Program-made: the position numbers and the translations under genes
Part shown: positions 6,959 to 13,434 of the stretch, in pieces
Position numbering within the stretch: position 1 is the stretch's first letter
Layout: each line of letters starts with the position of its first letter
Assembly (NCBI GenBank): GCA_029838215.1
Contig: JALGVI010000076.1
Span: forward strand, 1-13,434
DNA: 13,434 nucleotides
Reading direction: 5' to 3'
Origin: Candidatus Helarchaeota archaeon
Lineage (GTDB): Archaea > Asgardarchaeota > Lokiarchaeia > Helarchaeales > RDOG01
The notes under the pieces: model-generated
The model's database searches: none
The model's input: only the letters and a program-made list of their open reading frames with translations
Told to the model about the DNA's origin: nothing

Positions 6959-7758
6959 GCTTGATTTTCCGGATCACTCACTATCTCTTCATCACGTCTT
7001 ACAAACCAGCTCGGAAGCTTCACGTCAAATTTATCTTCAATCTTACGGAAAGTCCACGGCAGTACCTTGTCCCAGAAGACCCAAAGAACGGGCACGCCTT
7101 GGTTATATAAAATGAACGTGTCGTAAACCAAAATGAAAAGACCCGCAAGACCGAATGGACGGATTCCGAAAATAAACAGCGGAAATTCCATCATGAATGA
7201 TAACGTGCAGCCTACGAGAAATAAGTATGATACTTGCTTGTAGTCATATTTCAAAACAAGTAGTAACACGTAACTCACGATAACAATTAGAATCTCAACC
7301 CATTGGATGGATGTCATGTGCCTGTTTGTATATACTATCAGATCATGAACTGGCACGAGATACATGAACAAAGGAATGAGCATCCAACCGAGAAACACCA
7401 AGGCTGTCCACGAAATGACCTCTTTATTGGATTTTCGTTCAAACATGATGATCATCCAGCTGAAAGAAACCATTCCGTAAGAAAGAGTCATCATGAAATC
7501 AACGAGAAACTTGCTGAAAATCAAATTGAATGGCTGTGGTATGAATGGAGGAACTAGTGGCGGTATTGCCATCGTCCGAATTCCCGTGCTGGTCCAAATG
7601 ACGGCGTCAATCGTATAAATCATGATTCCGCAGATGCCTCCAAATATTAACGGCCACCACTTCTTTTTATAGACCAAAAATCCCACGTAGATGCACAGAA
7701 AAATGAAATCGAATAAAATATAATCCGCCTGAAAATTTCTTATTATGTCCCCTGCCAT
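6955..7758 (-). CDS. Uncharacterised polytopic membrane protein with an internal duplication
   Basis: 267 aa, about 7-8 hydrophobic segments. The motifs D/E-x6-7-GIR and D-x7-G each occur once in both halves. Confidence 0.82.
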   Translation of the reverse strand: MAGDIIRNFQADYILFDFIFLCIYVGFLVYKKKWWPLIFGGICGIMIYTIDAVIWTSTGIRTMAIPPLVPPFIPQPFNLIFSKFLVDFMMTLSYGMVSFSWMIIMFERKSNKEVISWTALVFLGWMLIPLFMYLVPVHDLIVYTNRHMTSIQWVEILIVIVSYVLLLVLKYDYKQVSYLFLVGCTLSFMMEFPLFIFGIRPFGLAGLFILVYDTFILYNQGVPVLWVFWDKVLPWTFRKIEDKFDVKLPSWFVRRDEEIVSDPENQA

Positions 7759-7886
7759 TTTGTCATCATCTCATCAAAGAAGATTTCCTGATCTTGTTGA
7801 TGTCAATCTCGCTCACTAAAAATAAAAGGATTAAGATTATTTCGTCTCATTGCCGTCATTGATTTCTGATTTATTGAAGTAAAAAA

Positions 7887-8510
7887 TTAAAAATATATAT
7901 CCTTTTGTAAGTAGTCGCCCGGATTTTCGAATTGATGAAGGATCTTTTCTGCTGCGGTTCCGCGGAAAATCGTCTTAAATTTTGATTTCGGTTCAAGAGT
8001 CAGTTCCAATTGTTCATCGCTTTCCTTATTATTCAAGCCACGAATCCGGTCAATTGTCCACTCCAGTCCACTATTACGAACAATAGAATCCTGTTGTTTT
8101 CGTTCATTCTGCTGAAATTTTGCAAATGTACCATAAAGTTTGATGAAATTCCTTACAATAAAGCCGAAGTTACGATAGTGTTCTCCATAGGCATATTCAG
8201 AAATGACGATAATTCTCTTCACGTTGTTTTTTTTCATCGCATCGATGACATTTTGAGTTCCTTCCGAGAATAGAGGAATTTTTTGTGATCTCATTCGCCA
8301 AGTAATGAGTACTGCATCCGTGCCTCTCAGTGAATCAATAATTTTTTCTTTATCAAAGACATCACCTTCAATTACAGTGAGATTATCGTTGGAATACGTG
8401 ATTTTTTTTGGAGACCGAACATAGGCAATTATTTCATGTCCTTTTGCTAAAGCTTTTTTTAAAAACTGTTGTCCCAATCCGCCCGTGGCGCCGAATACTG
8501 CAATTTTCAC
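7887..8510 (-). CDS. NAD(P)H-binding atypical SDR (flavin reductase/BLVRB-like, NAD_binding_10)
   Basis: MKIAVFGATGGLGQQFLKKALAKGHEIIAYVRSPKK (GxxGxxG and R-S-P), GDVFD, SGLEWT; GTG start; 207 aa. Confidence 0.9.
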   Translation of the reverse strand: MKIAVFGATGGLGQQFLKKALAKGHEIIAYVRSPKKITYSNDNLTVIEGDVFDKEKIIDSLRGTDAVLITWRMRSQKIPLFSEGTQNVIDAMKKNNVKRIIVISEYAYGEHYRNFGFIVRNFIKLYGTFAKFQQNERKQQDSIVRNSGLEWTIDRIRGLNNKESDEQLELTLEPKSKFKTIFRGTAAEKILHQFENPGDYLQKDIYF

Positions 8511-8594
8511 GATATCACGTCCTTTATTTCTAAGTTTATTATTTTTCTTTAAAGCGATTTCCTTTTAAAAAGAATTTTATTGGTATTTTTATCT

Positions 8595-9464
8595 CTATTT
8601 GTTATTTTCTTTTGCGGCGGTTCCCTTTAATAGCCTGTCAGTAAGACCAATGCTGATCGATCTTATGAATCGCAAGAGAGCCCACCATCGGGGAACCATT
8701 ATCTCGTTTTTATTTCCTCGGGATGCTTTATAGACTGCTCTTCCGATATCGTCAGCCGTGATGGCGGAATAAATCCCACCTTTTTTCTCGTAGTGGTTCA
8801 TCCAAGTCCGGAAATCCTTCGTGGTATTCCAAAATTGAGTTTTTGCGGGCGCAGGACAGATCACGATGACCTTGATTTTTTCTTTTCTGATTCGGTAGCC
8901 CAGGCGTATCACGTCTGCCATTCCAAGTATCGCATGTTTCGTGGCACAATAGGATGCCATGTCCGGCACTCCGATCACGCCTGCTGAAGACGCGATGTAA
9001 ATGAGTTGTCCTTCACGTTGGTTTCGATTTTTCTTTGGAGGTTTCCTGACGGGTCTTCCGAGGTATGGTAATGCTGCTTGTGTGAGCCTCCATTGCCCAT
9101 AGAAGTTCACGTCCATCATCTTTTGCACTTCCTCGATCGAGCCGCCGTTTAGGATGCTCGTCCGGTTGCCATATCCTGCATTATTGACCAAAATGTCGAT
9201 ATAATTTTCCTTTTTCCCGATTTTTTCAACAACCTCTTTAATTTGATCTTGGTTGGTGACGTCCATTTCCATTCCCACGGCTGACTCCGCACCCAAATCT
9301 TCAAGCTCTTCCGAAAATTCCTTCAGCTTTTCCATTTGACTTGCAAGATCCGTTAGATAAAAACGCATTCCTTCTGGTGCAAAGTGTCGGCAAATGGCAC
9401 CTCCAATCTCGCCGGCTGCACCGGTTATGACCATTACTTTACCTTTATACCATTTTTTCTTCAA
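8595..9464 (-). CDS. Classical short-chain dehydrogenase/reductase (SDR)
   Basis: TGAAGEIG, NNAG, IASSAG and YCATK (YxxxK). Asp at the end of beta2 (YLTD) suggests NAD(H). TTG start with a GGAG SD. Confidence 0.93.
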   Translation of the reverse strand: MKKKWYKGKVMVITGAAGEIGGAICRHFAPEGMRFYLTDLASQMEKLKEFSEELEDLGAESAVGMEMDVTNQDQIKEVVEKIGKKENYIDILVNNAGYGNRTSILNGGSIEEVQKMMDVNFYGQWRLTQAALPYLGRPVRKPPKKNRNQREGQLIYIASSAGVIGVPDMASYCATKHAILGMADVIRLGYRIRKEKIKVIVICPAPAKTQFWNTTKDFRTWMNHYEKKGGIYSAITADDIGRAVYKASRGNKNEIMVPRWWALLRFIRSISIGLTDRLLKGTAAKENNK

Positions 9465-9518
9465 GGTAGCAACTCCATGTTGTTTATTAAGCTTTGTTTA
9501 AATTTGATCATCATTAGC

Positions 9519-9580
9519 TTATAAAATGCGCGATGACATGATCGTTATTTATAAATCATCTGACAGTTATTTTTTATAAA
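9519..9580. promoter_or_regulatory. Divergent promoter region with three TATA-like elements
   Basis: TTATAAA at 9519, 9549 and 9574. The middle one lies in the palindrome ATTTATAAAT (9547-9556), which could be read in both directions. The region sits between the SDR (minus) and the wHTH-V4R gene (plus). Confidence 0.45.
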
Positions 9581-9635
9581 CAAGTGCTTGATTCTTGGCG
9601 CGTGGTTCATTTTATTAGATGAAGGATTGATTTAG

Positions 9636-10418
9636 ATGAGCGAACTAGAAGGTTCAAAATTAAGAAAAAGCATGAGTTTCAAAAGTAAAGGAAAGAAAAA
9701 CATTCGACAAGATATATTGGAGCTATTACAACGTAGTAAATATGGATTAAACATATCTCAAATCGTGAAAAAATTAGGATTGAGCCGAAATACCGTCAAG
9801 AAATACATGCAATCATTCGAAAAGGAAGATTTAATCGAGGTCAAGGAAATCGGTCGTTCAAAAATTTGCTTGTTTAAAAAACAAAAAAAAAACCGAAACG
9901 TGGACATATTCAGGACGTTCTTTTTCGATTTTGCAACAAGCCTGTTTGATGCATATGACCAAGTTGCTGCTTCATATTTAATTTCTGATTCAAAAGAGTT
10001 TCTGAAAGAAATTGGGCGAAAAATGAGCGTGAATTTTGAATTTCCACAAATCACGCCCGAGGATTATTTTGATTCTGCGAGAGCAAATGTCAATGAATCT
10101 CGCTTTCTCATGCAGGTAGCGCACGTTTCAAAACAATTTTTAGAATTTTTTAACACTTTCGGTCAGAACATGTTACAAGTCGAAATTGTTCCACCGAAAA
10201 TCAATGAAAATGAGCCGGTCAAATCGGTTACATTGCGAGTTCAAAATGTATCAAATGAATTTGGCGAATCCGTATCTTTTTATCACTTATGGTCGGGATT
10301 TTATGAAACCAGACTTCGTAAGAATTTCAAGGTAAATATTTGCATCGACGTTCTGGAATTTCAGAAAGAGAACTCCTGTTGCTATTTTGAGATATATGTC
10401 GGAGAAACTAGTTGTTAG
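9636..10418 (+). CDS. Winged-HTH transcriptional regulator fused to a C-terminal V4R/Bet3/H-NOX-like ligand-binding domain
   Basis: wHTH: IRQDILELLQRSKYGLNISQIVKKLGLSRNTVKKYMQSFEKEDLIEVKEIGRSK. The C-terminal half has FLKEIGRKM, FYHLWSGFYE and ENSCCYFEI, typical of the V4R-like fold. Confidence 0.8.
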   Translation: MSELEGSKLRKSMSFKSKGKKNIRQDILELLQRSKYGLNISQIVKKLGLSRNTVKKYMQSFEKEDLIEVKEIGRSKICLFKKQKKNRNVDIFRTFFFDFATSLFDAYDQVAASYLISDSKEFLKEIGRKMSVNFEFPQITPEDYFDSARANVNESRFLMQVAHVSKQFLEFFNTFGQNMLQVEIVPPKINENEPVKSVTLRVQNVSNEFGESVSFYHLWSGFYETRLRKNFKVNICIDVLEFQKENSCCYFEIYVGETSC

Positions 10419-10454
10419 ACTCCTGAGAAAAAAGACACCTGAGAGGTAATTCCG

Positions 10455-10958
10455 TTGATTTCACGAAAGGAAATCTTGCACGAAAAGGCAGCCACCTATC
10501 TCCTAGAAATGATTTACGTTGAAATTTTCGCACATGTAAAGCAGAACATGCCCGTTAAAGAAGCCGAGGATAAACTCCTGACGCTAGGACGCCATGTCAG
10601 TGAGTCTTTTTACGACATTTTCAAGTCTAAAAAGAAAACAATTCCCGCAGTACTCAAGGAATTGGGTTCTAATTTCGGAGGTCTAAAAAAGATCAAGATC
10701 ACGGAAAACATTACTGCTTTCGAAAAAAGCTTTTCAATATCCTTTGATAATTGCCCTTTTTGCATTCCTGAAGTAAGTATCGATGACATTCCCTATTGCA
10801 TTCCACTATTGGGTGTATTCGAGGGATACATCAACCAGATGTTAAAGGATGGTTTCCTGAAAAACATGCACGGACGTGTTCAGGGAAATGTCATCAAGAG
10901 CATTTCTGGAGGACACGAAAGATGCGAATATATTTTCCGGTTGAAGGAGGACGAATGA
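10455..10958 (+). CDS. Stand-alone V4R/Bet3(TRAPPC3)-fold protein with four Cys
   Basis: KLLTLGRHVSE (Bet3/V4R-like helix), NCPFC, PYCIPLLGVFEGY and SISGGHERCEY. TTG start after a GAGGT SD. Confidence 0.8.
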   Translation: MISRKEILHEKAATYLLEMIYVEIFAHVKQNMPVKEAEDKLLTLGRHVSESFYDIFKSKKKTIPAVLKELGSNFGGLKKIKITENITAFEKSFSISFDNCPFCIPEVSIDDIPYCIPLLGVFEGYINQMLKDGFLKNMHGRVQGNVIKSISGGHERCEYIFRLKEDE

Positions 10959-10959
10959 C

Positions 10960-11592
10960 GTGCCTAAGGTTAAAAGAGCGAAAGTTGGTCTAAGAGAGAA
11001 ACTTCTAGCGGCTCTAGGGAAACGACTCATGTTTAGAAAAGAGAGAAAAATAAACAAGTTGCTAATTACTCTATCGTATCGCGAAATGGTTCGCATGTTA
11101 ATACAATTGCATGGTAGTCTCGATGCTGCTTTAAAAGCGATATTCGAATTAACCGAGCATGCGGGAGATGAATTCCTGATGCAATGGATAGAATCAAGTT
11201 CACCAATTCTCTCCAAACACGTCGGCGACCACGCATTATGGATAAAAAGCGGTTATTTTGCGTTCACGGGTGATAATGTCAAGGACATCCGTTACGTGCC
11301 ACCGGAAAAAGAAGGCGATCCCCACCGAGTGATCTGGCAGGTTGAGAAGTGCTTCTTATGTGCGGGTATGAATGAAGACAAGACATTACAAATCAAACCG
11401 GAAGACTTCGGTGAATTCAACTGGGGCATCGTCCCTGCAGGAATTTTCACAAAAACCATCAATTTAATAAACGAATATTGTGGCATAGAATTCACGGGAA
11501 CCGTTCGCGAAACAAAATGCCTCATGCGAGGGGATCCTTGCGGCGAATATACCGCCGAATTCTATCCAAAACAAAAAAACGAAGAGAGATAA
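10960..11592 (+). CDS. Stand-alone V4R-domain protein with a basic N-terminal extension
   Basis: KCFLC, AGIF and the V4R signature VRETKCLMRGDPCGEY. GTG start 1 nt after the upstream stop, GGAGG SD. Confidence 0.85.
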   Translation: MPKVKRAKVGLREKLLAALGKRLMFRKERKINKLLITLSYREMVRMLIQLHGSLDAALKAIFELTEHAGDEFLMQWIESSSPILSKHVGDHALWIKSGYFAFTGDNVKDIRYVPPEKEGDPHRVIWQVEKCFLCAGMNEDKTLQIKPEDFGEFNWGIVPAGIFTKTINLINEYCGIEFTGTVRETKCLMRGDPCGEYTAEFYPKQKNEER

Positions 11593-11678
11593 GCTTAAAA
11601 ATCAATACATATAGAAAAAAATAAGCTAAACAATTAATGAAATCTCGTAAAGTAAGTAAATAGAAGGGGATTCATCTC

Positions 11679-12476
11679 ATGCTAGATGTAATATTGGAAT
11701 TCATTGGTTATGGAATCGTTGGAGTAATCGTCATATTCGTGATCCTGAATCTGGTGATTCTTCTAAAAAAATATCGTGATACAAAGAATACTGCCACTCT
11801 CTATTTTGCGATTGGTTTTATTTTTTTCCTCGGTGCGGTGGCAACATTATTCTTGGAACAGATATGTTTGGGCTTTCTCGAACGCTTTTCACTAATTCCG
11901 AGCCTAGTTGGCTTGCTTAAACCGTTGGAATTCTACGCAAGATTGTGTGCAGTCATCGCCTTGATCTTGAGCGGAACCGCTATTGTATTCATTAACTTAT
12001 TTGCCTTTGAGAACACCTTCTCTGAAAAAAAGGTGCCCCTAACAATTATTGTAACCATCTTCACCATCATGTATGTCAGCCTACTCACGTTTGCAAACAT
12101 TAATGGCTACTGTGGAGGTCCTTTGGCTCCGATATCTCAGGGCGAAATTGTTTATGATAATGTTGTCCTTTTATTCATGATTCCTTGTACCATCGTGATC
12201 GGCGTTGCGGCTCCAGGCGTGTTTTATTATTTCAGCATCACGACGTGGTCGAGTAACAAACCAAACGCAAAACGAAGCCTGTGGATGGGAATTGCCATCA
12301 CGTGCTTTGTATTTGGTTACGTGATTGAAGTGGCATCCGTTGCGGGACCTCAAACACTCATCAATATCGCTGTAGTAATTGGAAGATCCCTCATGCTGTC
12401 CGCTGCAATTATTCTCTATGTCTGCTTCCGCATGCCCGACTGGTTTAAGGCACGAATTGGTTGGATTGAGGAATAA
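11679..12476 (+). CDS. Stand-alone 7TM membrane protein (paralog of 1185..1940)
   Basis: Seven hydrophobic segments, KKYRDTK..TLY after TM1, C-terminal YVCFRMPDWF; 265 aa; no cytosolic catalytic domain. Confidence 0.82.
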   Translation: MLDVILEFIGYGIVGVIVIFVILNLVILLKKYRDTKNTATLYFAIGFIFFLGAVATLFLEQICLGFLERFSLIPSLVGLLKPLEFYARLCAVIALILSGTAIVFINLFAFENTFSEKKVPLTIIVTIFTIMYVSLLTFANINGYCGGPLAPISQGEIVYDNVVLLFMIPCTIVIGVAAPGVFYYFSITTWSSNKPNAKRSLWMGIAITCFVFGYVIEVASVAGPQTLINIAVVIGRSLMLSAAIILYVCFRMPDWFKARIGWIEE

Positions 12477-12508
12477 AACACGATCCACCTGACAAATCTT
12501 CTATTTTT

Positions 12509-12910
12509 TTATTCCCAAAAAGTTGAGACTTCTTTAATGGAAGAGATTTTTCTATCTGGTGTTATTATAATTCCGTCCGCTTGCAAGGATTGAGCGCAAA
12601 TTCCTGCATCAAAGTAATCCAACTCATATTTTGATTCCAATCTTGCAATATTGTACAACACGACGGGTGCGATGGGGATGATATTCTTCTCGAGTTTTGG
12701 AAAATCGGCTAGCAGTAATGAATGTTTTTCCATGCGCTCTTTATATGAAAAACCCCTGCTTTGTAAGACGATATCAAATTCCATCAATGCAAGAGAGGGA
12801 ATAAAACACTTTCCATCGTTAGCCTTCTTCAAATATTTTAGTCCAATTTGATGGTATTTGTTTTTGGTATCTGCAGCACTAAAAATAACTATTGTATCAA
12901 TAACTGGCAT
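12509..12910 (-). CDS. vapC: VapC-type PIN-domain ribonuclease toxin
   Basis: VIDT, PSLALMEF, LDYFDA and IITPD supply the PIN acidic residues; 133 aa; its ATG overlaps the antitoxin stop (TAATG). Confidence 0.9.
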   Translation of the reverse strand: MPVIDTIVIFSAADTKNKYHQIGLKYLKKANDGKCFIPSLALMEFDIVLQSRGFSYKERMEKHSLLLADFPKLEKNIIPIAPVVLYNIARLESKYELDYFDAGICAQSLQADGIIITPDRKISSIKEVSTFWE

Positions 12911-13137
12911 TATTTGCTCTCCGTATTAAAAATGTATTTAGTTGCTTCATGCTCTTCTTCCTTAAAATCAAATCCGTCTAATGAACCAACGAATTTTTTT
13001 GTTTTTAATGGTACCACGTGAACGCGGTTTAAAGTTGCGAATATGAGGACTTTGTCTCCCGGTTTTATTCCCGCTATTTTTGCCTGTTTTTTTGGAATTC
13101 TTATTCGATTTTTATCATCAATGGTAATGACGCTCAT
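12910..13137 (-). CDS. vapB: AbrB/MazE/SpoVT-family antitoxin (VapB)
   Basis: TIDDKNRIRIPKKQAKIAGIKPGDKV AbrB motif; 75 aa from ATG 13137 (the track uses GTG 13143); directly upstream of the PIN gene. Confidence 0.88.
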   Translation of the reverse strand: MSVITIDDKNRIRIPKKQAKIAGIKPGDKVLIFATLNRVHVVPLKTKKFVGSLDGFDFKEEEHEATKYIFNTESK

Positions 13138-13165
13138 TTTCACTCACTATTATTTATATTTTTCG

Positions 13166-13188
13166 CCCACAAATTTATACATTGTGGG
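13166..13188. promoter_or_regulatory. Likely VapBC autoregulatory operator
   Basis: CCCACAA-N9-TTGTGGG inverted repeat enclosing a TATA-like sequence (minus-strand GTATAAAT), about 30 nt upstream of the antitoxin start. Confidence 0.55.
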
Positions 13189-13307
13189 ACAGATCAAGAT
13201 TGATCAACCAAGAGAAAAGGGAAAAATTAAACGAAATTTTCACACGCAAATTTAAATTCGGAAAAATCTATTGTTTTTAACTGAACAATATGGACTTGAG
13301 ATGAAAA

Positions 13308-13434
13308 ATGAGCCAAGATAAAATCTTGGAAGAAATTGACCGAATTTTAAGCAAGGGAATGGAAATATTTCAAAAAATCACGAGTTGTCACCCAAGTAAC
13401 GTCACGGAAGTAACGGAATCTCCCATTAAATTTG
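13308..13434 (+). CDS. 5' part of a hypothetical protein running off the right edge
   Basis: ATG 13308 and 42 open codons, MSQDKILEEIDRILSKGMEIFQKITSCHPSNVTEVTESPIKF; amphipathic-helix-like start; divergent from vapBC. Confidence 0.5.
   Translation, partial: MSQDKILEEIDRILSKGMEIFQKITSCHPSNVTEVTESPIKF

Noticed and set aside
9500-9570. Possible C/D-box sRNA (ATGATGA on minus at about 9508-9514; CTGA on plus at about 9560)
   Set aside because: The boxes are on opposite strands and no correctly spaced C-D pair exists.
1185-12476. The 7TM proteins as rhodopsins (schizorhodopsin or heliorhodopsin) or true GPCRs
   Set aside because: Neither TM7 has a retinal-binding Lys, and no DRY or NPxxY motifs are present. 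Seven helices alone do not show homology.
1849-13255. Remaining short track ORFs (e.g. 1975..2193, 2364..2576, 3194..3403, 3751..3972, 4209..4496, 4409..4842, 5468..6128, 6260..6700, 6882..7557, 8010..8273, 8752..8987, 9758..10054, 10796..11525, 12171..12488, 12651..12851, 13043..13255)
   Set aside because: Nearly all overlap better-supported genes in another frame or strand, and none has protein-like motifs.
1-13434. CRISPR array, IS/transposase, tRNA/rRNA, selenoprotein readthrough
   Set aside because: I saw no regularly spaced repeats, DDE/integrase ORFs, terminal inverted repeats or cloverleaf/rRNA signatures. TGA-terminated genes are complete at their stops.

Overview
Gene-dense archaeal-type window. 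The gene families and their mix point to an Asgard archaeon (Lokiarchaeia-like), but this is inferred and not proven. Left to right: (1) a >=355-aa minus-strand gene that runs off the left edge and is missing from the ORF track, with a putative longin/uDENN-like N-terminus and two winged-helix-like segments; (2) a stand-alone 7TM membrane protein; (3) a small helical protein; (4) a GDT1/TMEM165 plus VIT1/CCC1 metal-transporter pair; (5) a FadD-like acyl-CoA ligase divergent from a PIG-L/LmbE deacetylase, with a repeated operator-like motif between them; (6) a minus-strand run of classical SDR, NAD(P)H-binding reductase and an internally duplicated membrane protein; (7) divergent from these, three tandem V4R/Bet3(TRAPPC3)-fold genes, the first fused to a wHTH, followed by a second 7TM paralog; (8) a VapBC toxin-antitoxin pair; (9) the start of an unknown gene at the right edge. 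I saw no rRNA, tRNA, CRISPR array or transposase. The best candidate for an undescribed system is the wHTH-V4R / V4R / V4R / 7TM cluster, possibly a lipid-ligand signalling module built from TRAPP-type folds. All family calls come from motif recognition by eye; no searches were run.
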